A DNA stretch of 64,000 nt, taken from Escherichia phage EJP2. The stretch lies in sequence record OQ411014.1; one strand, written 5' to 3'. Position numbers and translations under genes: made by a program. Below are positions 26,809 to 35,849 of the stretch, one piece after another; the stretch's first letter is position 1, and each line of letters begins with the position of its first letter. The notes beneath the pieces were generated by a model. It was given only the letters and a program-made list of their open reading frames with translations, did no database searches and was not told where the DNA came from.

Positions 26809-27310
26809 AGAAGTACTTTATGATTTCCAGAACTTTATGATTCTGGCTGCTAAAGTACATACTCTTGCTATTCGCCGTTTGGATGATATGTACAACAAGT
26901 ACTTGAAGAGTGGGTACAATCATTGGTTCCGTGACAAGTACACATATGAAGAGTTCTTGAATGCGATTACGTTCAATACTACAATTGAAGTATTTGAACA
27001 CACAATGCATAATTTACCATTCAAACATATCAAACCAAAGAATTGGTCGTACTTTCTAAAAACCAGAACTATCAAGAAACTCACAAAGATGAGTGATGAG
27101 TCAATCGTGGAAGGTGTTTATGTAGTGACTAATGCGTGTGCAATCATGCAATACATGACACTAATCACTGACGTTACTGGTTTCTTGCGTAGGATTGAGT
27201 TGTATTCTAATTCAATGCCATATACAATTGACGACAACGATGTTCGACTGTACAATAAAGTTGTTGCAATGAACTGCAAGATGGCTACTGTTGTGGGGAA
27301 ATATAAATGA
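26777..27310 (+). CDS. hypothetical protein, second tandem paralogue
   Basis: Start moved from 26654 (deep inside the upstream gene) to ATG 26777 (GAGGG RBS). Confidence 0.55.
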   Translation: MQYTLSIQKSKEVLYDFQNFMILAAKVHTLAIRRLDDMYNKYLKSGYNHWFRDKYTYEEFLNAITFNTTIEVFEHTMHNLPFKHIKPKNWSYFLKTRTIKKLTKMSDESIVEGVYVVTNACAIMQYMTLITDVTGFLRRIELYSNSMPYTIDDNDVRLYNKVVAMNCKMATVVGKYK

Positions 27311-27819
27311 AACTAAAAGAACTCGACGTTGCCAGTACTCTAATTTGGATTTCAAATTTAGATAAGGTAGCTAAGGTATATAACTTAGCACTTGCTTATC
27401 ATAAAGAAATCACAGATAAAGCTGAACGTGAATTCGAAGAACATTATAGTAGTAAGTGGTTTTATCGTACCTTCACCAATGCGAATGATTATAAGAACGC
27501 ATGGTATGAAGATGATGGTAAGCACTATACTTTTGGGTGGATATTGGGTATCTTTGAATTGAGCAAGATGACAGTACTACCAGATGAGTTTCCAGAGTTA
27601 GCTAATCAATTGGCTGCTGATTGGGCTACTGGTTATCCAACTAAGTTGGAGCGTACAATCACTGCTTGGTCTAAATATGCAAAGCGACCCTTTGAAATTA
27701 CTACAGAAGATTTGACTTTGTATTTTGAATTCAAAGCGTGGCACTCTCTACTAAAAGAACTAACTACAGCTTTGGGGATTTATGATGAAGCACTCGACTT
27801 GGATGAAGATTGCATGTGA
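27307..27819 (+). CDS. hypothetical protein, third tandem paralogue
   Basis: ATGA overlap; RPFEITTEDLTLYFEFKAW parallels EPYEFSPEDVLRYRNLERS in 26215. Confidence 0.65.
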   Translation: MKLKELDVASTLIWISNLDKVAKVYNLALAYHKEITDKAEREFEEHYSSKWFYRTFTNANDYKNAWYEDDGKHYTFGWILGIFELSKMTVLPDEFPELANQLAADWATGYPTKLERTITAWSKYAKRPFEITTEDLTLYFEFKAWHSLLKELTTALGIYDEALDLDEDCM

Positions 27820-28258
27820 CGTAGCAGATGAGAGTAAGTGTATCTCTCATCACGTTGGTGCAGTTATAGTAAACAATGACAGGATTGTCAGTACTGGATA
27901 CAATGGCACACCACCTAAGCAGCCTAATTGCTGTGATGTGAATGCTCATCTGGTACACGACAAGACCTTACAACAATGGGTATCTGATGATGCTAAGGTA
28001 GAGCATCATCACTGGAGTCAATTACATGAGATTCATGCTGAGATGAATGCGTTATTGTATTCTTCTCCGAAGGATCGTATTGGGGCAACTCTTTACAGTA
28101 CTCTACAGCCGTGCTATACTTGCTCTTTATTGATTGCTGCTAGTGGTATCACTAAAGTGATTTATGAGAAGGGATATCCACGAACTCCACCTGAAGCTAC
28201 TTCAGTACTGGAACAGGCGGGTATTGAAATTATCAAGTTTTCTGACTTAGGGGAATAA
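27782..28258 (+). CDS. cd: dCMP deaminase (T4 Cd-like)
   Basis: MKHSTWMKIACDVADESKC parallels T4 MKASTVLQIAYLVSQESKC; HAEMNA and PCYTC zinc motifs; start may be 27785. Confidence 0.9.
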   Translation: MMKHSTWMKIACDVADESKCISHHVGAVIVNNDRIVSTGYNGTPPKQPNCCDVNAHLVHDKTLQQWVSDDAKVEHHHWSQLHEIHAEMNALLYSSPKDRIGATLYSTLQPCYTCSLLIAASGITKVIYEKGYPRTPPEATSVLEQAGIEIIKFSDLGE

Positions 28259-28260
28259 GT

Positions 28261-28527
28261 ATGATTTACATTATCCTTGGTGTCATCACTATGGCTATCA
28301 CAATTCTTCTTCTTATTGTTGGTGATAAGGTTGGTGTAGTAGAAGAGCCTCCTGGATTGGTTCGGAATTATGAAGTGCGATTTGAACCATCCAATAACAA
28401 GTACTATCTTGTGAATGTACTACCTAAGAAAGAAGTACCTGTAACGAATTGGTACGGGAAGAGAATCATGTATAAGGATATGATCCTAGCGGATTATGTT
28501 CGTGAAAAAATGAATTCTGTGAAATGA
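28261..28527 (+). CDS. small membrane-anchored protein (88 aa)
   Basis: N-terminal TM helix IYIILGVITMAITILLLIVG. Confidence 0.65.
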   Translation: MIYIILGVITMAITILLLIVGDKVGVVEEPPGLVRNYEVRFEPSNNKYYLVNVLPKKEVPVTNWYGKRIMYKDMILADYVREKMNSVK

Positions 28528-28557
28528 AAAAAGGAGCCATATGGCTCCTTTTCTTTT
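28527..28557. terminator. bidirectional terminator
   Basis: AAAA-AAGGAGCCAT/ATGGCTCCTT-TTC: a 20-nt perfect palindrome flanked by A and T runs; near-identical element at 29852. Confidence 0.8.
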
Positions 28558-28661
28558 AGAAAACAATTTAATATCTGGATAATCATTTCAGTCCTTTAAC
28601 ATAATCCCACTGCGGCGGGATATTGGTTTGACATATCAAATTATCCCTAAATGTATTAATT

Positions 28662-29081
28662 TTATTCGTCATCTTTGTTGACAAAATCCAAATCTAGTAC
28701 ACTAGGTGGTGGTACATTACAAAAATATAAATCCCACGGTTTGTAGATTGATTCACCTGAACTTAACTTAATTTTGTGCGTTTGAAATGAAGTAACAAAT
28801 GCTTGATCTATTCGCATAAAAAATGTATTCTTACCAAGCAATGTAGACAGTACTGAATCAGATGCACTTGTGTCCAAGTACTGACCATCTTTATCAGTAT
28901 ATGTCAATCTGATAAAGCTGAAAATATTACCATCAGTGTCAACTAAATCAAAGGTGTTATCAGAGCGTTGTCTGAAAATATTGATGTTGTTTTTGATTAC
29001 ACCATTAATGTTTGCAACTGGGACACAGAATCCACCAATACTAAAAGGTAGTTCACCTCTACCTGCAATCACTTTTGCCAT
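28662..29081 (-). CDS. hypothetical protein (139 aa), paralogue of the N-terminal domain of 29920..30576
   Basis: MAKVIAGRGELPFSIGGFCVPVA...FRQRSDNTFDLV aligns with MGKPIARRDQFPFDISGINVNAA...SKQRSTIMFDLQ. Confidence 0.75.
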   Translation of the reverse strand: MAKVIAGRGELPFSIGGFCVPVANINGVIKNNINIFRQRSDNTFDLVDTDGNIFSFIRLTYTDKDGQYLDTSASDSVLSTLLGKNTFFMRIDQAFVTSFQTHKIKLSSGESIYKPWDLYFCNVPPPSVLDLDFVNKDDE

Positions 29082-29104
29082 ACTATATCCTTTTATAAAA
29101 AACT

Positions 29105-29119
29105 GGTCATAAAATGACC
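29105..29119. promoter_or_regulatory. palindromic operator-like site in the divergent control region
   Basis: GGTCAT-aaa-ATGACC, a perfect 6-3-6 palindrome 24 nt upstream of the leftward gene start. Confidence 0.3.
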
Positions 29120-29178
29120 TACATAATATTTATGTTACTTGTTCATTTTTTGTACAGCTAATGCTAAATAAATTTATA

Positions 29179-29207
29179 TTGACACTGATAAGCAAACATG
29201 CTAGAGT
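29179..29207 (+). promoter_or_regulatory. candidate sigma70-type promoter
   Basis: TTGACA (29179-29184), 17-nt spacer, TGcTAGAGT (29202-29207). Confidence 0.45.
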
Positions 29208-29238
29208 AATCATCTTACACATTCATTGTAGAGGGTAT

Positions 29239-29853
29239 ATGAAAAAAATTCCATTAGAATTGTTACAGATATTTCTTATCTGGTTGCTATGTACTGTTCC
29301 CAGTTCAGCAGAAAGTTTGTCCAGTACTATCTTTAGAGATAAAGAGAATATTGTTCATTTTGGTGCTCCAGTTTCATTCGAGGCATATAGCAAATTACTG
29401 AAAATGTATAAGATAAAACCATTTTCTGAAATTAGACTCACCAGTAATGGTGGAGAATATGATGCTGGTATGAAGATTGCTCACTTAGTTTACACCAATG
29501 ACATATCAGTCTTTGTTCCAAAGTACTGTGCAAGTGCATGTACATTTATATTTTTTGGAGCTAGGGTTGAGCACCGTGACATTGCACCAACGGCAATGTT
29601 GGGATTACATAATGTGTCGTTTGGTATGAACAACTCAACGGGTGAAGACGCGAATAACTCGTCGATAACAGTCAAGGAGGCACTTGATTTTGCACAAGAA
29701 GCAGTTGTAAGATCAGGAATGATGATTTCATTCTATTCTGCGAATGGGATACCAAGTGATGTACTACTTCAAGTATCACAAACATATGGTCAAGGTATCA
29801 TAAATGTGCAACGGGCTGACTTAGTTCGTTGGGGTGCAATACAAGCGAAATAA
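29239..29853 (+). CDS. secreted ClpP/S49-like (crotonase-fold) protein
   Basis: Start moved to ATG 29239: signal peptide MKKIPLELLQIFLIWLLCTVPSSAES; TSNGGEYDAGMKIAHLV and CASACTFIFFG resemble the SPGG and Ser regions of ClpP/SppA-type proteins. Confidence 0.55.
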   Translation: MKKIPLELLQIFLIWLLCTVPSSAESLSSTIFRDKENIVHFGAPVSFEAYSKLLKMYKIKPFSEIRLTSNGGEYDAGMKIAHLVYTNDISVFVPKYCASACTFIFFGARVEHRDIAPTAMLGLHNVSFGMNNSTGEDANNSSITVKEALDFAQEAVVRSGMMISFYSANGIPSDVLLQVSQTYGQGIINVQRADLVRWGAIQAK

Positions 29854-29878
29854 AAAAGGAGCCTAAAGGCTCCTTTTT
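29852..29878. terminator. bidirectional terminator
   Basis: AAAAAA-GGAGCC-taaa-GGCTCC-TTTTT. Confidence 0.8.
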
Positions 29879-29919
29879 GAATGTTTAATATCAAACCACA
29901 ATAAAAAAGTGGTTAACTT

Positions 29920-30576
29920 TTACGCCCCCAAAATAGTAACATTACATTGTGCAGTAAAATTACCATCAACACTAGTTGCTGTTATAATAGCATTCCCAGC
30001 CAACAAACCAGTGACCAGACCAGAATCAGAAACTGAAGCTACTGTTGGTTCGGAAGATTCCCACAGTACTGATTGGTTTGTAGCATCCTCTGGTGTGAAA
30101 ATTGGCGTGAGTTGGTCAGTTTCACCTGTCTGAATAGAAGATGTTACTTTATTCAATGCAAGACCAGTAACATACACTGAACGATCACGTTGACTTGCAT
30201 AAGAATTAAGATAAAATGATGAACCATCGCCTAGGATGATTTTATTTAAGAATAGTTTTATTGCAAAACCGACCAGTTCATCTTTTTCTGGATCATATAC
30301 CTTAATACAAAATTTACCAGGGTCAAGTTTAGCAGCAAGTTCTTCATCGGTATCACTTAGCAATAACGGTTGTTTGTTCTTATCCAAAGCTGTTATTTGA
30401 AGAAATTCATATAGTGAATCACCAGTTTTGGATTGCAAGTCAAACATGATAGTACTTCTCTGTTTTGATATATTAATAGTAGTTAGTTCTGTACCATCTT
30501 TCAATACGGCAGCGTTGACATTTATACCCGAAATATCGAACGGAAATTGGTCGCGGCGAGCAATTGGTTTACCCAT
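29920..30576 (-). CDS. protein with C-terminal bacterial Ig-like (Big_2-type) domain
   Basis: C-terminus VTGLALNKVTSSIQTGETDQLTPIFTPEDATNQSVLWESSEPTVASVSDSGLVTGLLAGNAIITATS is a typical Big_2 pattern; N-terminal domain paralogous to 28662..29081. Confidence 0.75.
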   Translation of the reverse strand: MGKPIARRDQFPFDISGINVNAAVLKDGTELTTINISKQRSTIMFDLQSKTGDSLYEFLQITALDKNKQPLLLSDTDEELAAKLDPGKFCIKVYDPEKDELVGFAIKLFLNKIILGDGSSFYLNSYASQRDRSVYVTGLALNKVTSSIQTGETDQLTPIFTPEDATNQSVLWESSEPTVASVSDSGLVTGLLAGNAIITATSVDGNFTAQCNVTILGA

Positions 30577-30633
30577 TGTAACCTCCTTATAGTTTACAAT
30601 TTTAAATATTTATCCATAATGTGCTAAAAAAAC

Positions 30634-30663
30634 TTGCACATTCCAAGATAATACTGATATAAT
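30634..30663 (+). promoter_or_regulatory. sigma70-type early promoter
   Basis: TTGCAC (30634-30639), 18-nt spacer, TGaTATAAT (30658-30663). Confidence 0.65.
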
Positions 30664-30716
30664 AGACTCATCCAACGCGAAGTTGGTGTAAACAAACTAC
30701 TAAGAGGACTTAGACA

Positions 30717-31790
30717 ATGAAAAACGAAAACGTATATGTATACATCGGACGCTTCCAGCCAGCACATAAAGGCCACGAAGCAGTACTTGAAAATGCAATC
30801 AAAAAAGCTGACCGTGTTGTTATTCTAGTGGGTAGTGCTGAACAAGCTCGTTCCCCTAAGAACCCGTTCACCTTTGAAGAACGCCAAAAAGTACTGGACG
30901 GTATCACAACTCGTCTTGCACAAGATGAATGGGCGAAAGGTCGCCGTGTGATGATCGACATCCTACCTGTACATGACTTCGTATACAACAACCAGAAATG
31001 GCTCATGGAAGTTCAAGAACAAGTTCGTTCCTGCACTAAAAGTGAAAACATTACTCTAACTGGTTGTCGTAAACATGGCGATGATAGTACTTTCTATCTT
31101 GAGTTCTTCCCTCAGTGGAATCAAGATTTCATTACAGAAACTACACAAGAAGATGTTGGTATCAATGCCACTCAACTACGTAACCAATTCTTCAGTACTA
31201 AACAAGTACCTGAACAAAATGTACTTACTCCTGAAACTGTAGAGTTCCTTGAGAAGTTCAGCGTAGAAAAGAAAGATGTACTAGATTACCTAGTGAAAGA
31301 ACATGCTTTTACTACAAAATATAAAGCAGACATGAAGAAACAACTACCATTTGACACAATCCCATTCCTGACTGGTGATAGTCTGATTGTCTGTGCAGGT
31401 CATGTTCTTGTAGGTATTCGTCGCTCTGAACCAGGCAAAGGTCAGTACTGTCTACCTGGTGGGTTCTTCGATGCATGGAAAGATAAAGATCAAGTTGATA
31501 CTGCTTTACGTGAACTCAAAGAAGAAACCAAAATTGATGTACCAATGAATAAACTACGCGGTTCTATTGAACGTGTAGAAGAGTTTGGTGACTTTGACCG
31601 TGACCCACGCTGGCGTGTAATCACTAAGTGCATCTACATCAAACTTGACGGTACTAAACTACCTAAAGTAAAAGGCTCAGATGATCTCAAAGGTTGCTTC
31701 TGGATGCCTATGACTGAAATTGCTAAAAATCGTGCTAACTTCTTTGTTGATCACGTTTCCATCATTGACACGTTCTTAGGAATCCTGTAA
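30717..31790 (+). CDS. natV: bifunctional NMN adenylyltransferase / Nudix hydrolase (NadM-Nudix, KVP40 NatV-like)
   Basis: N-terminal IGRFQPAHKGH (HxGH); C-terminal Nudix box GGFFDAWKDKDQVDTALRELKEETKI. Confidence 0.85.
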   Translation: MKNENVYVYIGRFQPAHKGHEAVLENAIKKADRVVILVGSAEQARSPKNPFTFEERQKVLDGITTRLAQDEWAKGRRVMIDILPVHDFVYNNQKWLMEVQEQVRSCTKSENITLTGCRKHGDDSTFYLEFFPQWNQDFITETTQEDVGINATQLRNQFFSTKQVPEQNVLTPETVEFLEKFSVEKKDVLDYLVKEHAFTTKYKADMKKQLPFDTIPFLTGDSLIVCAGHVLVGIRRSEPGKGQYCLPGGFFDAWKDKDQVDTALRELKEETKIDVPMNKLRGSIERVEEFGDFDRDPRWRVITKCIYIKLDGTKLPKVKGSDDLKGCFWMPMTEIAKNRANFFVDHVSIIDTFLGIL

Positions 31791-31791
31791 T

Positions 31792-32331
31792 ATGAATGTA
31801 ATTTCTCTGACTCCAGGTTTGAAAGCAGACTTGGATGCAGTAAAGGAAAGTAAGTACAATAAGATAACTAGCTGTACTGAACTAATCTTGAGTACTGATG
31901 GTTATTCTGAATGTAATCAATTGTTCGTTGATGCACTTCAACACATTGATAAAAAACTGTATCTAACCGATTTTCTTTATCTTATTCAGAGAACGTGGAT
32001 TAGCAATGCACAAAACAGAAATCACCTGAATTCAGGTGAAAGTACTTCAAGCTATGGTTATTGGAAATATAACTTCGCTGGAGTATCATCGGATACTTTA
32101 TACATTACGAACTATGTTCCGTCTGGAAATATCAGAATTGTCGATTCAGTACAACATTATGAATATTATGATATTGACACGGAAAAGCCAAGTCTGTATA
32201 CTATATCCGATATCGTAATTAGAAATGAAAAGACATTGTTCAACATGGTATTTCCAACGACTACTAAACTGTTTTCGAAGGAATACATGAAGTTCACAAT
32301 TCCATTGTCTCTGATTATGAACAACCAATAA
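31792..32331 (+). CDS. hypothetical protein (179 aa)
   Basis: ORF track; lies between the two NAD salvage genes. Confidence 0.65.
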   Translation: MNVISLTPGLKADLDAVKESKYNKITSCTELILSTDGYSECNQLFVDALQHIDKKLYLTDFLYLIQRTWISNAQNRNHLNSGESTSSYGYWKYNFAGVSSDTLYITNYVPSGNIRIVDSVQHYEYYDIDTEKPSLYTISDIVIRNEKTLFNMVFPTTTKLFSKEYMKFTIPLSLIMNNQ

Positions 32332-32379
32332 GAACGCGGAGTTCTTATATAACATCAACTACCAAAGAGGTAATATAAA

Positions 32380-33852
32380 ATGCAAAACGTAAATTTCATC
32401 CTAAACGCAGATAGTTACAAGCACTCTCATTTACTAATGATGAAAGAAGGTGTTCAAGCTCTTGAATCAAACATCATTGCTCGTAAACCATCTAAATTCA
32501 CCAGTCATGTAGTTATGATGGGTCTTCAGATTTTCGTTCAGGAATATCTGGATATCACAATTACTGCGGCTGATATCGATGAAGCAGAGATTGAAACAAA
32601 CGAACGTGGTGATGATTTTGACCGCGACTTCTGGGAACACATCGTGAATGTACACAAAGGTAAACTACCTTTACATATCCGTGCTATCCCTGAAGGTACA
32701 GTAGTTCCAGTTGGTATGCCGTTGGTTCGCTCCTTCAGTACTGACCCACGTACTATGGTACTCGCTAGTTTCGTCGAAACTCAATTACAACGTGCAATCT
32801 GGTTCCAAACTACTGTTGCATCTAATGCTCGCAGTATCAAGGAATTTCTTGCTGATACTATGGAACGTCATGCTGGTCATCGCTTTGTGGATTATCATCT
32901 ACATAACTTCGGCTGTCGTGGTGCAAGTTCCTATGAAACAGCAATGCTCGCAGGTGTAGCTCATGCCGCTCTATTCAGTGGCTCTGACTGCCTATTAGCA
33001 AACCGTAGTATCAAATACTACTACAATACTACTAAACCATATGTTAGTAGTGTTATGGCGAGTGAACACAGTGCTACATGTTCTAACTCCGATGCAGACA
33101 AGCGTGATGATTCAGCAATGGCGTTGAAGATGGTTCGCCTATGGGAAAAGAAAGTAGATAAGTTCATTGCTAATGGTTCAGTTGGTGCACCCCCAATTGT
33201 TTCTGTAGTAATCGATACTTATGATGCTTATCGCTTTGTTCGTGAGTTCATCGGTACTCGTCTAAAATCTACAATCGAAGAGATTGCAGCTAAATGTCCA
33301 AGTGCTAAACTAGTAATGCGTCCTGATAGTGGTAATCCACTAACTATGCCAATCGAAATCGTATCTATCCTTATGGAGAAATTCGGTTCAGTACTGAATG
33401 CTAATGGCATGAAAGTACTTCCATCTTTCATTGGTGTTCTTCAGGGCGACGGAGTTTCAGAAAGTTCAATCCGTGAAATCGTCCACAACCTAGAGAAAAA
33501 GAACTACTCTCTAGAGAATCTAATCTTTGGTATGGGTGGTAAAAACTCCCACGTCGAAGGTGGTCGTGATGCATATTCTTTCGCCCAGAAAGGTTGTGCA
33601 CAGCAACTAGCTGATGGTACTTGGGAAGATTTGTTCAAAGATCCTATTACTGACGTTGGGAAAAAATCCCTTCGTGGTCGTGTAACTACTTACTTGTGCA
33701 AAGAAAGTGGGAAGATGATGGCTGAACGAATCGAACTACAAGAAGTAAATCCTTTCTTAGAAGATATGATGGTTGACATTTTTGTAAATGGTGATATCAT
33801 GAATCTAAGCTCTTTTGATGATGTACGTGCTCGTGCGAACAAGGGATTGTAA
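32380..33852 (+). CDS. nadV: nicotinamide phosphoribosyltransferase (Nampt/NadV)
   Basis: N-terminal NFILNADSYKHSH; 490 aa; RPDSGNP; GVLQGDG; family-typical layout. Confidence 0.88.
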   Translation: MQNVNFILNADSYKHSHLLMMKEGVQALESNIIARKPSKFTSHVVMMGLQIFVQEYLDITITAADIDEAEIETNERGDDFDRDFWEHIVNVHKGKLPLHIRAIPEGTVVPVGMPLVRSFSTDPRTMVLASFVETQLQRAIWFQTTVASNARSIKEFLADTMERHAGHRFVDYHLHNFGCRGASSYETAMLAGVAHAALFSGSDCLLANRSIKYYYNTTKPYVSSVMASEHSATCSNSDADKRDDSAMALKMVRLWEKKVDKFIANGSVGAPPIVSVVIDTYDAYRFVREFIGTRLKSTIEEIAAKCPSAKLVMRPDSGNPLTMPIEIVSILMEKFGSVLNANGMKVLPSFIGVLQGDGVSESSIREIVHNLEKKNYSLENLIFGMGGKNSHVEGGRDAYSFAQKGCAQQLADGTWEDLFKDPITDVGKKSLRGRVTTYLCKESGKMMAERIELQEVNPFLEDMMVDIFVNGDIMNLSSFDDVRARANKGL

Positions 33853-33860
33853 TATCAATG

Positions 33861-33885
33861 GGGAGTCTTAGTACTCCCTTTTTTG
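33861..33885 (+). terminator. intrinsic terminator
   Basis: GGGAGT-cttagt-ACTCCC followed by TTTTTT. Confidence 0.7.
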
Positions 33886-33895
33886 CGAGGTTTAT

Positions 33896-34534
33896 ATGTG
33901 GTCTAAAGTAAAAGATAATCTAGATGCGTACATTATCCCACTACACGATGTGGTATGGCTACGAGATGAAGTACGTAAGGCAATGACCGAAGGTTATGCG
34001 TTTCCAGCAGAAGAAGATGAAATTCAAAAAGATGCATCAGTAGTTTCTGATGAAATGATTATCGGTTATCCAGATCCAGAAAATGAAAATATGTTCATGT
34101 TTGGATTCAAAGATGATGATTGTCTGGACGACCAAAGTATCATTGACCACATTACACATCGCTGTTGGGAAGATATTAGTGAAGCTGGTATTGTTTCATT
34201 TGGTGAAATGGAAAGTTTTTCAGCAGTTGTGTATAATGAAGATGTTCCAAATTTCCGTAAGCACAAGACAGAAGTGGATAACTTCCTAACTCATTTGATT
34301 GGTCGATCTATTGTTAGTGATGAGCCATCATTCCTCAATAACACTGCGGAATGTAAAGAATTCATCTTAGAACGATATGATTATGAAAATATGAAACGTA
34401 CTGCGACGAATAAGTGGGGCAACTTCAATTATCGTTTATTTGAAAATGATGAAGGAGATGTCGTGACAATCGTTACATACAATGCTAAACTGATCTCCTA
34501 CTATAACTTCAGATACAAAGACGAGGATCTATAA
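33896..34534 (+). CDS. acidic hypothetical protein (212 aa)
   Basis: ORF track; GAGG RBS. Confidence 0.65.
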   Translation: MWSKVKDNLDAYIIPLHDVVWLRDEVRKAMTEGYAFPAEEDEIQKDASVVSDEMIIGYPDPENENMFMFGFKDDDCLDDQSIIDHITHRCWEDISEAGIVSFGEMESFSAVVYNEDVPNFRKHKTEVDNFLTHLIGRSIVSDEPSFLNNTAECKEFILERYDYENMKRTATNKWGNFNYRLFENDEGDVVTIVTYNAKLISYYNFRYKDEDL

Positions 34535-34535
34535 A

Positions 34536-34748
34536 ATGGTTTTGACTTATCTTTTCATGTTCGGTATGTACGCAGTAACCACTGGTTGTGCATGGTTCCT
34601 GACTTCAATTACATTCATTGGTTGGGCCAATCGTGAAGGTAAAATCAAATACGGCTTGTGGTTCCGTGAGTTCAGTCCTTTTGTAGTACCACTATGGATT
34701 ACAACTATTGTAATTTATATTCTCATCCCAGTAGTATTCTTGGGTTGA
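34536..34748 (+). CDS. small membrane protein (70 aa)
   Basis: Two hydrophobic helices. Confidence 0.6.
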   Translation: MVLTYLFMFGMYAVTTGCAWFLTSITFIGWANREGKIKYGLWFREFSPFVVPLWITTIVIYILIPVVFLG

Positions 34749-34788
34749 CATTACAGTACTGTTCAAGATTTTCTAATAAGGATTATAT

Positions 34789-35391
34789 ATGACTTGTATT
34801 ATCGCTTTTACTGATGGTAAATCATCCTTCATCGCAGGTGACAAACTAGGTTCCAACGGCTTTACTAAATCAGTAATGGTTGAACCAAAAGTCTTTGAGA
34901 AAGAGTTTCATCGTGTTAGTACCAATGATGAAGGTACTGTGCGGACGCGTGAAACGATGGCACTCGGTTATACTACGTCATTTCGTATGGGACAACTTCT
35001 GTCTTACAATCTAGTACTGCCTGACCAAGATGCGAATCAATCCTTCAGTCAGTACCTGGTTCAGAAAGTAATTCCACTTATTCGTCATATGTTCAAAGAT
35101 GAATGGGGTGCACGTGATAGCTCACAAGATATTGGTGGTGGTCAGTTCATTATTCTGCATAACCACACTATCTACGAAGTTCAAGGTGACTTCTCAGTAC
35201 TGCAACCTAAGACACAAATTACTGCTGTAGGTTCAGGTACTTACCATGCAATTGCAGCTATGCAAGCACTACAAAGTGTTTCATCTGATACTAAGAAAGA
35301 TCTACTACATTACGTACCAACGATTTTTGATATTGTCAGTACTAATGTAACTTCAGTATCTGCTGAACATGATGTATTGCATTACAAATAA
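34789..35391 (+). CDS. Ntn hydrolase, proteasome beta/HslV-like
   Basis: MTCIIAFTDGKSSFIAGDKLGSNG: Thr2 would be exposed as the N-terminal nucleophile; parallels HslV TTIVSVRRNGHVVIAGDGQ. Confidence 0.6.
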   Translation: MTCIIAFTDGKSSFIAGDKLGSNGFTKSVMVEPKVFEKEFHRVSTNDEGTVRTRETMALGYTTSFRMGQLLSYNLVLPDQDANQSFSQYLVQKVIPLIRHMFKDEWGARDSSQDIGGGQFIILHNHTIYEVQGDFSVLQPKTQITAVGSGTYHAIAAMQALQSVSSDTKKDLLHYVPTIFDIVSTNVTSVSAEHDVLHYK

Positions 35392-35582
35392 TGGTTGATA
35401 TATTTTTCATTGTAATGATGATGCTTGGTGTATTCGGGTTGATTGCAATTACCCGAATCACTGATAGACCATACACAGATAACATTGAACGCGTTTGTAT
35501 GTTTCTACTAAGTACTATAATGTTGGTTATCGTTGGTGTAGTAGGTTCTATGTTTGCAGAACTAATTCTAATTGCGTACTGA
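35391..35582 (+). CDS. small membrane protein (63 aa)
   Basis: Two TM helices; TAATG overlap. Confidence 0.6.
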   Translation: MVDIFFIVMMMLGVFGLIAITRITDRPYTDNIERVCMFLLSTIMLVIVGVVGSMFAELILIAY

Positions 35583-35605
35583 TGTACGCTTTTTAAGGAG
35601 TACTT

Positions 35606-35839
35606 ATGGACTTAGCAGATTTGGTTTATGTTGTATCGTTAGTACTGTACGGTATTTGTATAGTACTGACTATGTTAGAATGGAGTACTTGGAGTGATGG
35701 TTTCAAAGAACTAAATGGTGAGTTTACCTCTAAATACTATGCAATTAGTTATTTTATCATGAAGTTAGGTATGATTGGAATGTATGGTATTTTGGGATAT
35801 CTATTCTACTTCTTACCTGAACATATGAGATTATTTTAG
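35606..35839 (+). CDS. small membrane protein (77 aa)
   Basis: Two TM helices; AAGGAG RBS. Confidence 0.6.
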   Translation: MDLADLVYVVSLVLYGICIVLTMLEWSTWSDGFKELNGEFTSKYYAISYFIMKLGMIGMYGILGYLFYFLPEHMRLF

Positions 35840-35849
35840 GAGATATAAA

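Noticed and set aside
29909-30133. A plus-strand 74-aa ORF opposite the Big_2 domain gene
   Set aside because: The minus-strand frame encodes a recognisable Ig-like domain and is paralogous to 28662-29081. The plus-strand ORF has no RBS and starts inside the terminator region.
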